Below, one piece after another: positions 12,501 through 24,829 of a stretch of DNA of 64,000 nucleotides. Origin of the DNA: Eledone cirrhosa (lineage: Eukaryota); assembly GCA_964016885.1 (NCBI GenBank), contig OZ024742.1, positions 215,574,001 to 215,638,000 on the forward strand, read 5' to 3'. Each line of letters begins with the position of its first letter. Within the stretch, counting starts at the first letter, position 1. The notes below the pieces were generated by a model. The model did not search any database and was not told where the DNA came from. It worked only from the letters and a program-made list of their open reading frames with translations. Both the position numbers and the translations under genes were made by a program.

Positions 12501-15500
12501 GTTTGTAGAGGTGTGTTGTTGGTGATAGTTAGATAGTTGGTGGAGTGGTGTTTGTAGTGGTGTGTTGTTGGTGATAGTTAGATAGTTGGTGGAGTGGTGT
12601 TTGTAGAGGTGTGTTGTTGATGATAGTGAGATAGATGGTGGAGTGGTGTTTGTAGTGGTGTGTTGTTGCCGATAGTCAGATAGATGTTGGAGTGGTGTTT
12701 GTAGTGGTGTGTTGTTGGTGATAGTTAGATAGTTGGTAAAGTTGTGTTTGTAGTGGTGTGTTGTTGCTGATAAATAGATAGTTGGTGGAGTGGTGTTTGT
12801 AGTGGTGTGTTGTTGGTGATTGTGAGATAGATGGTGGAGTGGTGTTTGTAGTGGTGTGTTGTTGGTGATAGATAGATAGTTGGTTGAGTGGTGTTTATAG
12901 TGGTGTGTTGTTGCTGATAGTTAGATAGTTGGTGGAGTGGTGTTTGGAGTGGTGTTTGTAGTGGTGTGTTGTTGCAGATAGTTAGATAGATGGTGGAGTG
13001 GTGTTTGTAGTGGTGTGTTGTTGCAGATAGTTAGATAGTTGGTGGAGTGGTGTTTGTAGTGGTGTGTTGTAGCAGATAGTTAGATAGATGTTGGAGTGGT
13101 GTTTGTAGTGGTGTGTTGTTGGTGATAGTTAGATAGTTGGTGGAGTGCTGTTTGTAGTGGTGTGTTGTTGGTGATAGTTAGATAGTTGGTGGAGTGGTGT
13201 TTGTAGTGGTGTGTTGTTGGTGATAGTGAGACAGATGGTGTAGTGGTGTTTGGAGTGGTGTTTGTAGTGGTGTGTTGTTGGTGATAGTTAGATAGTTGGT
13301 AAAGTGGTGTTTGTAGTGGTGTGTTGTTGCTGATAGTTAGATCGTTGGTGGAGTGGTGTTTGTAGTGGTGTGTTGTTGGTGATAGTTAGATAGTTGGTGG
13401 AGTGGTGTTTGTAGTAGTGTGTTGTTGCTGATAGTTAGATAGTTGGTGGAGTGGTGTTTGTAGTGGTGTGTTGTTGCTGATAGTTAGATAGTTGGTGGAG
13501 TGGTGTTTGTAGTGGTTTGTTGTTGGTGATAGTTAGATAGTTGGTGGAGTGTTGTTTGTAGTGGTGTGGTGTTGGTGATAGTTAGATAGATGGTGGAGTG
13601 TTGTTTATAGTGGTGTGTTGTTGGTACAGTTAGATAGTTGGTGGAGTGGTGTTTGTAGTGGTGTGTTGTTGCTGATAGTTAGATAGTTGGTGGAGTGGTG
13701 TTTGTAGTGGTGTGTTGTTGGTGATATTTAGATAGTTAGTGGAGTGGTGTTTGTAGTGATGTGTTGTTGCTGATAGTTAGATAGTTGGTGGAGTGGTGTT
13801 AGTAGTAGTGTGTTGTTGGTGATAGTTAGATAGATGGTGGAGTGGTGTTTGTAGTGTTGTGTTGTTTCTGATAGTTAGATAGTTGGTGGAGTGGTGTTTG
13901 TAGTGGTGTGTTGTTGGTGATAGTTAAATAGATGGTGAAGTGGTGTTTGTAGTGGTGTGTTGTTGCTGATAGTTAGATAGTTGGTGGAGTGGTGTTTGTA
14001 GTGGTGTGTTGTTGGTGATAGTTAGATAGAAGGTAGAGTGGTGTTTGTAGTGGTGTGTTGTCGGTGATAGTTAGATAGTTGGTGGAGTGTTGTTTGTAGT
14101 GGTGTGTTGTCGGTGATAGTTAGATAGATGGTGGAGTGGTGTTTGTAGTGGTGTGTTGTCGGTGATAGTTAGATAGATGGTGGAGTGGTGTTTGTAGTGA
14201 TGTGTTGTTGCTGATAGTTAGATAGTTGGTGGAGTGGTGTTTTAGTGGTGTGTTGTTGGTGATAGTTAGATAGTTGGTGGAGTGGTTTTTGTAGTCGTTT
14301 GTTGTTTCTGATAGTTAGATAGATGGTGGAGTGGAGTGGTGTTTGTAGTGATGTGTTGTTGGTGATTGTTAGATAGTTAGTGGAGTGGTGTTTGAGGTGG
14401 TGTGCTCTTTGTGATAGTTAGATAGTTGGTGGAGTGGTGTTTGTAGTGGTGTGTTGTTGGTCATAGTTAGATAGTTGGTGGAGTGGTGTTTATATTGGTG
14501 TGTTGTTGGTGATAGTTAGATAGATGGTGGAGTGGTGTTTGTAGTGGTGTGTTGTCGGTGATAGTTAGATAGATGGTGGAGTGGTGTTTGTAGTGATGTG
14601 TTGTTGGTGATAGTTAGATAGTTGGTGGAGTGGTGTTTGTAGTGGTGTGTTGTTGGTGGTAGTTAGATAGTTGGTGGAGTGGTGTTTGTAGTGGTTTGTT
14701 GTTGGTGATAGTTAGATAGTTGTTGGAATGGTGTTTGTAGTTGGGTGTTGTTGGTGATAGTTAGATAGTTGGTGGAGTGGTGTTTGTAGAGGTGTGTTGT
14801 TGGTGATAGTTAGATAGTTGGTGCACTGGTGTTTGTAGTGGTGTGTTGTTGGTGATAGTTAGATAGTTGGTGCAGTGGTGTTTGTAGTGGTGTGTTGTTG
14901 GTGATAGTTAGATAGTTGGTGGAGTGGTGTTTGTAGTGGTGTGTTGTTGCTGATAGTGAGATAGATGGTGGAGTGGTGTTTGTAGTGGTGTGTTGTTGGT
15001 GATAGTAGATAGATGGTGGAGTAGTGTGTGTAGTGATGTGTTGTTGGTGATAGTTAGATAGTTAGTGGAATGGTGTTTGTAGTGGTGTGTTGTTGGTGAT
15101 AGTTAGATAGTTAGTGGAGTGGTGTTCTAGTGGTGTGTTGTTGGTGATAGTTAGATAGTTGGTGGAGTGGTGTTTGTAGAGGTGTGTTGTTTCTGATAGT
15201 TAGATAGTTGGTGGAGTGGTGTTTGTAGTGGTGTCATGTTGCTGATAGTTAGATAGTTGGTGAAGTGGTGTTTGTAGTGGTTTGTTGTTGGTGATAGTTA
15301 GATAGTTGGTGGAGTGGTGTTTATAGAGGTGTGTTGTTGGTGATAGTTAGATAGTTGGTGAAGTGGTGTTTGTAGTGGTGTGTTGTTGGTGATAGTTAGA
15401 TAGTTGGTGGAGTGGTGTTTGTAGAGGTGTGTTGTTGGTGATAGTTAGATAGTTGGTGGAGTGGTGTTTGTAGAGGTGTGTTGTTGGTGATAGTTAGATA

Positions 15501-18500
15501 GTTGGTGGAGTGGTGTTTGTAGTGGTGTGTTGTTGGTGATAGTTAGATAGATGGTGGAGTGGTGTTTGTAGTGGTGTGTTGTTGCAGATAGCCAGATAGT
15601 TGGTGGAGTGGTGTTTGTAGTGGTGTGTTGTTGGTGATAGTTAGATAGTTGGTGGAGTGGTGTTTGTAGTGGTGCGTTGTTGGTGGTAGTTCGATAGATT
15701 GTGGAGTGGTGTTTGTAGTGGTGTGTTGTTGCTGATAGTTAGATAGATGGTGGAGTGGTGTTTTTAGTGGTGTGGTGTTGCTGATAGTTAGATAGATGGT
15801 GGAGTGGTGTTTGTAGAGGTGTGGTGTTGCTGATAGTTAGATAGTTGGTGGAGTGATGTTTGTAGTGGTGTGTTGTTGGTGATAGTAGATAGATTGTGGA
15901 GTAGTGTGTGTAGTGATGTGTTGTTGGTGATAGTTAGATAGTTAGTGGAATGGTGTTTGTAGTGGTGTGTTGTTGGTGATAGTTAGATAGTTGGTGGAGT
16001 GGTGTTTGTAGAGGTGTGTTGTTGGTGATAGTTAGATAGTTGGTGGAGTGGTGTTTGTAGAGGTGTGTTGTTGGTGATAGTTAGATAGTTGGTGGAGTGG
16101 TGTTTGTAGAGGTGTGTTGTTGGTGATAGTTAGATAGTTGGTGGAGTGGTGTTTGTAGTGGTGTGTTGTTGGTGATAGTTAGATAGATGGTGGAGTGGTG
16201 TTTGTAGTGGTGTGTTGTTGCAGATAGTTAGATAGATGTTGGAGTGGTGTTTGTAGGGGTGTGTTGTTGGTGATAGTTAGATAGTTGGTAAAGTTGTGTT
16301 TGTAGTGGTGTGTTGTTGCTGATAAATAGATAGTTGGTGGAGTGGTGTTTGTAGTGGTGTGTTGTTGGTGATTGTGAGATAGATGGTGGAGTGGTGTTTG
16401 TAGTGGTGTGTTGTTGGTGATAGATAGATAGTTGGTTGAGTGGTGTTTGTAGTGGTGTTTGTAGTGGTGTGTTGTTGCAGATAGTTAGATAGTTGGTGGA
16501 GTGGTGTTTGGAGTGGTGTTTGTAGTGGTGTGTTGTTGCAGATAGTTAGATAGATGGTGGAGTGGTGTTTGTAGTGGTGTGGTGTTGCTGATAGTTAGAT
16601 AGTTGGTGGAGTGCTGTTTGTAGTGGTGTGTTGTTGCAGATAGTTAGATAGTTGGTGGAGTGGTGTTTGTAGTGGTGTGTTGTTGCAGATAGTTAGATAG
16701 ATGTTGGAGTGGTGTTTGTAGTGGTGTGTTGTTGGTGATAGTTAGATAGTTGGTGGAGTGCTGTTTGTAGTGGTATGTTGTTGGTGATAGTTAGATAGTT
16801 GGTGGAGTGGTGTTTGTAATGGTGTGTTGTTGCTGATAGTTAGATAGATGGTGGAGTGGTGTTTGTAGTGGTGTGTTGTTGCTGATAGTTAGATAGTTGG
16901 TGGAGTGGTGTTTGTAGTTGTGTGTTGTTGGTGATAGTTAGATAGATGGTGGAGTGGTGTTTGTAGTGGTGTGTTGTTGCTGATAGTTAGATAGATGGTG
17001 GAATGGTGTTTGTAGTGGTGTGTTGTTGCTGATAGTTAGATAGTTGGTGGAGTGATGTTTGTAGTGGTTTGTTGTTGGTGATAGTTAGATAGTTGGTGGA
17101 GTGGTGTTTGTAGTGGTGTGTTGTTGCTGATATTTAGATAGTTAGTGGAGTGGTGTTTGTAGTGGTGTGTTGTTACTGATAGTTAGATAGTTGATGGAGT
17201 GGTGTTTGTAGTGGTGTGTTGTTACTGATAGTTAGATAGTTGGTGGAGTGGTGTTTGTAGTGGTGTGTTGTTGGTGATAGTTAGATAGTTGGTGGAGTGG
17301 TGTTTGTAGTGGTGCGTTGTTGGTGGTAGTTCGATAGATTGTGGAGTGGTGTTTGTAGTGGTGTGTTGTTGCTGATAGTTAGATAGATGGTGGAGTGGTG
17401 TTTTTAGTGGTGTGGTGTTGCTGATAGTTAGATAGATGGTGGAGTGGTGTTTGTAGAGGTGTGGTGTTGCTGATAGTTAGATAGTTGGTGGAGTGGTGTT
17501 AGTAGTGGTGTGGTGTTGGTGATAGTTAGATAGTTGGTGGAGTGCTGTTTGTAGTGGTGTGTTGTTGCAGATAGTTAGATAGTTGGTGGAGTGGTGTTTG
17601 TAGTAGTGTGTTGTTGCTGATAGTTAGATAGATGGTGGAGTGGTGTTTGTAGTGGTGTGTTGTTGCAGATAGTTAGATAGTTGGTGGAGTGGTGTTTGTA
17701 GTAGTGTGTTGTTGCTGATAGTTAGATAGATGGTGGAGTGGTGTTTGTATTGGTGTGTTGTTGGTGATAGTAGATAGATGGTGGAGTAGTGTGTGTAGTG
17801 ATGTGTTGTTGGTGATAGTTAGATAGTTAGTGGAGTGGTGTTTGTAGTGGTGTGTTGTTGGTGATAGTTAGATAGTTGGTGGAGCGGTGTTTGTAGTGGT
17901 GTATTTTTGGTGATAGTTAGATAGTTGGTGAAGTGGTGTTTGTAGTGGTGTGTTGTTGGTGATAGTTAGATAGTTGGTGGAGTGGTGTTTGTAGAGGTGT
18001 GTTGTTGGTGATAGTTAGATAGTTGGTGGAGTGGTGTTTGTAGTGGTGTGTTGTTGGTGATAGTTAGATAGTTGGTGGAGTGGTGTTTGTAGAGGTGTGT
18101 TGTTGGTGATAGTGAGATAGATGGTGGAGTGGTGTTTGTAGTGGTGTGTTGTTGCCGATAGTCAGATAGATGTTGGAGTGGTGTTTGTAGTGGTGTGTTG
18201 TTGGTGATAGTTAGATAGTTGGTAAAGTTGTGTTTGTAGTGGTGTGTTGTTGATGATAAATAGATAGTTGGTGGAGTGGTGTTTGTAGTGGTGTGTTGTT
18301 GGTGATTGTGAGATAGATGGTGGAGTGGTGTTTGTAGTGGTGTGTTGTTGCAGATAGTTAGATAGATGGTGGAGTGGTGTTTGTAGTGGTGTGGTGCTGC
18401 TGATAGTTATATAGTTGGTGGAGTGCTGTTTGTAGTGGTGTGTTGTTGCAGATAGTTAGATAGTTGGTGGAGTGGTGTTTGTAGTGGTGTGTTGTTGCAG

Positions 18501-21500
18501 ATAGTTAGATAGATGTTGGAGTGGTGTTTGTAGTGGTGTGTTGTTGGTGATAGTTAGATAGTTGGTGGAGTGTTGTTTGTAGTGTTATGTTGTTGGTGAT
18601 AGTTAGATAGTTGGTGGAGTGGTGTTTGTAATGGTGTGTTGTTGCTGATAGTTAGATAGATGGTGGAGTGGTGTTTGTAGTGGTGTGTTGTTGCTGATAG
18701 TTAGATAGTTGGTGGAGTGGTGTTTGTAGTTGTGTGTTGTTGGTGATAGTTAGATATATGGTGGAGTGGTGTTTGTAGTGGTGTGTTGTTGCTGATAGTT
18801 AGATAGATGGTGGAATGGTGTTTGTAGTGGTGTGTTGTTGCTGATAGTTAGATAGATGGTGGAGTGGTGTTTGTAGTGTTGTGTTGTTGGTGATAGTTAG
18901 ATAGTTGGTGGAGTGATGTTTGTAGTGGTGTGTTGTTGGTGATAGTTAGATAGATGGTGGAGTGGTGTTTGTAGTGGTGTGTTGTTGGTGATAGTTAGAT
19001 AGTTGGTGGAGTGCTGTTTGTAGTGGTATGTTGTTGGTGATAGTTAGATAGTTGGTGGAGTGGTGTTTGTAAGGGTGTGTTGTTGCTGATAGTTAGATAG
19101 ATGGTGGAGTGGTGTTTGTAGTGGTGTGTTGTTGCTGATAGTTAGATAGTTGGTGGAGTGGTGTTTGTAGTGGTGTGTTGTTGGTGATAGTTAGATAGAT
19201 GGTGGAGTGGTGTTTGTAGTGGTGTGTTGTTGCTGATAGTTAGATAGTTGGTGGAATGGTGTTTGTAGTTGTGTGTTGTTGGTGATAGTTAGATAGTTGG
19301 TGGAGTGGTGTTTGTAGTGGTGTGTTGTTGGTGATAGTTAGATAGTTGGTGCAGTGGTGTTTGTAGTGGTGTGTTGTTGGTGATAGTTAGATAGTTGGTG
19401 GAGTGGTGTTTGTAGTGGTGTGTTGTTGCTGATAGTAAGATAGATGGTGGAGTGGTGTTTGTAGTGGTGTGTTGTTGCTGATAGTGAGATAGATGTTGGA
19501 GTGGTGTTTGTAGTGGTGTGTTGTTGGTGATAGTTAGATAGCTGGTGGAGTGCTGTTTGTAGTGGTGTGTTGTTGCTGATAGTTAGATAGTTGTTGGAGT
19601 GGTGTTTGTAGTGGTGTGTTGTTGCTGATATTTAGATAGTTGGTGGAGTGGTGTTTGTAGTGGTGTGTTGTTGCTGATAGTTAGATAGTTGATGGAGTGG
19701 TGTTTGTAGTGGTGTGTTGTTGCTTATAGTTAGATAGTTGGCGGAGTGGTGTTTGTAGTGGTGTGTTGTTGGTGATAGTTAAATAGATGGTGGAGTGGTG
19801 TTTGTAATGGTGTGTTGTTTGTGATAGTTAGATAGTATGTGGAGTGGTATTTGTAGTGGTGTGTTGTTGCTGATAGTTAGATAGAGGGTGTAATGGTGTT
19901 TGTAGTGGTGTGTTGTTGGTGATAGTTAGATAGTTGGTGGAGTGGTGTTTGTAGTGGTGCGTTGTAGGTGGTAGTTCGATAGATAGTGGAGTGGCGTTTG
20001 TAGTGGTGTGTTGTTGCCGATAGTCAGATAGATGTTGGAGTGGTGTTTGTAGTGGTGTGTTGTTGGTGATAGTTAGATAGTTGGTAAAGTTGTGTTTGTA
20101 GTGGTGTGTTGTTGGTGATAGTTAGATAGTTGGTGGAGTGGTGTTTGTAGTGGTGTGTTGTTGCTGATAGTGAGATAGATGGTGGAGTGGTGTTTGTAGT
20201 GGTGTGTTGTTCCTGATAGTGAGATAGATGCTGGAGTGGTGTTTGTAGTGGTGTGTTGTTGGTGATAGTTAGATAGTTGGTGGAGTGATGTTTGTAGTGG
20301 TGTGTTGTTGCTGATAGTGAGATAGATGGTGGAGTGGTGTTTATAGTGGTGTGTTGTTGCTGATAGTGAGATAGATGGTGGAGTGGTGTTTGTAGTGGTG
20401 TGTTGTTGGTGATAGTAGATAGATGGTGGAGTAGTGTGTGTAGTGATGTGTTGTTGGTGATAGTTAGATAGTTAGTGGAGTGGTGTTTGTAGTGGTGTGT
20501 TGTTGGTGATAGTTAGATAGTTGGTGGAGCGGTGTTTGTAGTGGTGTATTTTTGGTGATAGTTAGATAGTTGGTGAAGTGGTGTTTGTAGTGGTGTGTTG
20601 TTGGTGATAGTTAGATAGTTGGTGGAGTGGTGTTTGTAGAGGTGTGTTGTTGGTGATAGTTAGATAGTTGGTGGAGTGGTGTTTGTAGTGGTGTGTTGTT
20701 GGTGATAGTTAGATAGTTGGTGGAGTGGTGTTTGTAGAGGTGTGTTGTTGGTGATAGTGAGATAGATGGTGGAGTGGTGTTTGTAGTGGTGTGTTGTTGC
20801 CGATAGTCAGATAGATGTTGGAGTGGTGTTTGTAGTGGTGTGTTGTTGGTGATAGTTAGATAGTTGGTAAAGTTGTGTTTGTAGTGGTGTGTTGTTGATG
20901 ATAAATAGATAGTTGGTGGAGTGGTGTTTGTAGTGGTGTGTTGTTGGTGATTGTGAGATAGATGGTGGAGTGGTGTTTGTAGTGGTGTGTTGTTGCAGAT
21001 AGTTAGATAGATGGTGGAGTGGTGTTTGTAGTGGTGTGGTGTTGCTGATAGTTATATAGTTGGTGGAGTGCTGTTTGTAGTGGTGTGTTGTTGCAGATAG
21101 TTAGATAGTTGGTGGAGTGGTGTTTGTAGTGGTGTGTTGTTGCAGATAGTTAGATAGATGGTGGAGTGGTGTTTGTAGTGTTGTGTTGTTGGTGATAGTT
21201 AGATAGTTGGTGGAGTGGTGTTTGTAGTGGTGTGTTGTTGCTGATAGTTAGATAGATGGTGGAATGGTGTTTGTAGTGGTGTGTTGTTGCTGATAGTTAG
21301 ATAGATGGTGGAGTGGTGTTTGTAGTGTTGTGTTGTTGGTGATAGTTAGATAGTTGGTGGAGTGATGTTTGTAGTGGTTTGTTGTTGGTGATAGTTAGAT
21401 AGTTGTTGGAATGGTGTTTGTAGTTGTGTGTTGTTGGTGATAGTTAGATAGTTGGTGGAGTGGTGTTTGTAGTGGTGTGTTGTTGCTGATAGTAAGATAG

Positions 21501-22150
21501 ATGGTGGAGTGGTGTTTGTAGTGGTGTGTTGTTGCTGATAGTGAGATAGATGTTGGAGTGGTGTTTGTAGTGGTGTGTTGTTGGTGATAGTTAGATAGCT
21601 GGTGGAGTGCTGTTTGTAGTGGTGTGTTGTTGGTGGTAGTTCGATAGATAGTGGAGTGGTGTTTGTAGTGGTGTGTTGTTGCTGATAGTTAGATAGATGG
21701 TGGAGTGGTGTTTTTAGTGGTGTGGTGTTGCTGATAGTTAGATAGATGGTGGAGTGGTGTTTGTAGAGGTGTGGTGTTGCTGATAGTTAGATAGTTGGTG
21801 GAGTGGTGTTTGTAGTGGTGTGGTCTCGGTGATAGTTAGATAGTTGGTGGAGTGCTGTTTGTAGTGGTGTGTTGTTGCAGATAGTTAGATAGTTGGTGGA
21901 GTGGTGTTTGTAGTGGTGTGTTGTTGCAGATAGTTAGATAGATGTTGGAGTGGTGTTTGTAGTGGTGTGTTGTTGCAGATAGTTAGATAGTTGGTGGAGT
22001 GGTGTTTGTAGTGGTGTGTTGTTGCAGATAGTTAGATAGATGTTGGAGTGGTGTTTGTAGTGGTGTGTTGTTGGTGATAGTTAGATAGTTGGTGGAGTGC
22101 TGTTTGTAGTGTTATGTTGTTGGTGATAGTTAGATAGTTGGTGGAGTGGT

Positions 22151-22200
22151 GTAGAGGTGTGGTGTAGAGGTGGTGTGGTGTAGTGGTGTAGAGGTGTGGT
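22151..22200 (+). other. Scrambled junction made of iterated fragments of a variant monomer
   Basis: The sequence reads GTAGAGGTGTGGT GTAGAGGTGGTGTGGT GTAGTGGT GTAGAGGTGTGGT. It is the only place I saw where the 49-bp register breaks by more than a simple indel. Confidence 0.85.
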
Positions 22201-24829
22201 GTTGCTGATAGTTAGATAGTTGGTGGAGTGGTGTTTGTAGTGGTGTGGTCTCGGTGATAGTTAGATAGTTGGTGGAGTGGTGTTTGTAATGGTGTGTTGT
22301 TGCTGATAGTTAGATAGATGGTGGAGTGGTGTTTGTAGTGGTGTGTTGTTGCTGATAGTTAGATAGTTGGTGGAGTGGTGTTTGTAGTTGTGTGTTGTTG
22401 GTGATAGTTAGATAGATGGTGGAGTGGTGTTTGTAGTGGTGTGTTGTTGCTGATAGTTAGATAGATGGTGGAATGGTGTTTGTAGTGGTGTGTTGTTGCT
22501 GATAGTTAGATAGATGGTGGAGTGGTGTTTGTAGTGGTGTGTTGTTGGTGATAGTTAGATAGTTGGTGGAGTGATGTTTGTAGTGGTGTGTTGTTGGTGA
22601 TAGTAGATAGATGGTGGAGTAGTGTGTGTAGTGATGTGTTGTTGGTGATAGTTAGATAGTTAGTGGAGTGGTGTTTGTAGTGGTGTGTTGTTGGTGATAG
22701 TTAGATAGTTGGTGGAGCGGTGTTTGTAGTGGTGTATTTTTGGTGATAGTTAGATAGTTGGTGAAGTGGTGTTTGTAGTGGTGTGTTGTTGGTGATAGTT
22801 AGATAGTTGGTGGAGTGGTGTTTGTAGAGGTGTGTTGTTGGTGATAGGTAGATAGTTGGTGGAGTGGTGTTTGTAGTGGTGTGTTGTTGGTGATAGTTAG
22901 ATAGTTGGTGGAGTGGTGTTTGTAGAGGTGTGTTGTTGGTGATAGTGAGATAGTGGTGTTTGTAGTGGAGTGGTCTTGGTGATAGTTAGATTGTTGGTGG
23001 AGTGGTGTTTGTAGTGGTGTGTTGTTGGTTATAGTTAGATAGATGGTGGAGTGGTGTTTGTAGTGGTGTGTTGTTGGTGATAGTTAGATAGTTGGTGGAG
23101 TGCTGTTTGTAGTGGTGTGTTGTTGCTGATAGTGAGATAGATGGTGGAGTGGTGTTTATAGTGGTGTGTTGTTGCTGATAGTGAGATAGATGGTGGAGTG
23201 GTGTTTGTAGTGGTGTGTTGTTGGTGATAGTAGATAGATGGTGGAGTAGTGTGTGTAGTGATGTGTTGTTGGTGATAGTTAGATAGTTAGTGGAGTGGTG
23301 TTTGTAGTGGTGTGTTGTTGGTGATAGTTAGATAGTTGGTGGAGCGGTGTTTGTTGTGGTGTATTTTTGGTGATAGTTAGATAGTTGGTGAAGTGGTGTT
23401 TGTAGTGGTGTGTTGTTGGTGATAGTTAGATAGTTGGTGGAGTGGTGTTTGTAGAGGTGTGTTGTTGGTGATAGTTAGATAGTTGGTGGAGTGGTGTTTG
23501 TAGTGGTGTGTTGTTGGTGATAGTTAGATAGTTGGTGGAGTGGTTTTTGTAGAGGTGTGTTGTTGGTGATAGTGAGATAGATGGTGGAGTGGTGTTTGTA
23601 GTGGTGTGTTGTTGCCGATAGTCAGATAGATGTTGGAGTGGTGTTTGTAGTGGTGTGTTGTTGGTGATAGTTAGATAGTTGGTAAAGTTGTGTTTGTAGT
23701 GGTGTGTTGTTGATGATAAATAGATAGTTGGTGGAGTGGTGTTTGTAGTGGTGTGTTGTTGGTGATAGTTAGATAGCTGGTGGAGTGCTGTTTGTAGTGG
23801 TGTGTTGTTGCTGATAGTTAGAAAGTTGTTGGAGTGCTGTTTGTAGTGGTGTGTTGTTGCTGATATTTAGATAGTTAGTGGAGTGGTGGTTGTAGTGGTG
23901 TGTTGTTACTGATAGTTAGATAGTTGATGGAGTGGTGTTTGTAGTGGTGTGTTGTTGCTGATAGTTAGATAGTTGGTGGAGTGGTGTTTGTAGTGGTGTG
24001 TTGTTGGTGATAGTTAGATAGTTGGTGGAGTGGTGTTTGTAGTGGTGCGTTGTTGGTGGTAGTTCGATAGATAGTGGAGTGGTGTTTGTAGTGGTGTGTT
24101 GTTGCTGATAGTTAGATAGATGGTGGAGTGGTGTTTTTAGTGGTGTGGTGTTGCTGATAGTTAGATAGATGGTGGAGTGGTGTTTGTAGAGGTGTGGTGT
24201 TGCTGATAGTTAGATAGTTGGTGGTGTGGTGTTTGTAGTGGTGTGGTGTTGGTGATAGTTAGATATTTGCTGGAGTGCTGTTTGTAGTGGTGTGTTGTTG
24301 CAGATAGTTAGATAGTTGGTGGAGTGGTGTTTGTAGTGGTGTGTTGTTGGTGATAGTTAGATAGTTGGTGGACTGGTGTTTGTAGTGGTGCGTTGTAGGT
24401 GGTAGTTCGATAGATAGTGGAGTGGCGTTTGTAGTGGTGTGTTGTTGCCGATAGTCAGATAGATGTTGGAGAGGTGTTTGTAGTGGTGTGTTGTTGGTGA
24501 TAGTTAGATAGTTGGTAAAGTTGTGTTTGTAGTGGTGTGTTGTTGGTGATAGTTAGATAGTTGGTGGAGTGGTGTTTGTAGTGGTGTGTTGTTGCTGATA
24601 GTGAGATAGATGGTGGAGTGGTGTTTGTAGTGGTGTGTTGTTGCTGATAGTGAGATAGATGCTGGAGTGGTGTTTGTAGTGGTGTGTTGTTGGTGATAGT
24701 GAGATAGATGGTGGAGTGGTGTTCATAGTGGTGTGTTGTTGCTGATAGTTAGATAGTTGGTGGAGTGGAGTTTTTAGTGGTGTGTTGTTGGTGATAGTTA
24801 GATAGTTGGTGGAGTGGTGTTTGTAGTGG

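Noticed and set aside
19541-19548. E. coli Chi octamer GCTGGTGG (about 20 copies from 19.5 kb onward)
   Set aside because: It is a single T>C variant of the consensus GTTGGTGG spread by block duplication. Chi acts through RecBCD and has no evident relevance to this array.
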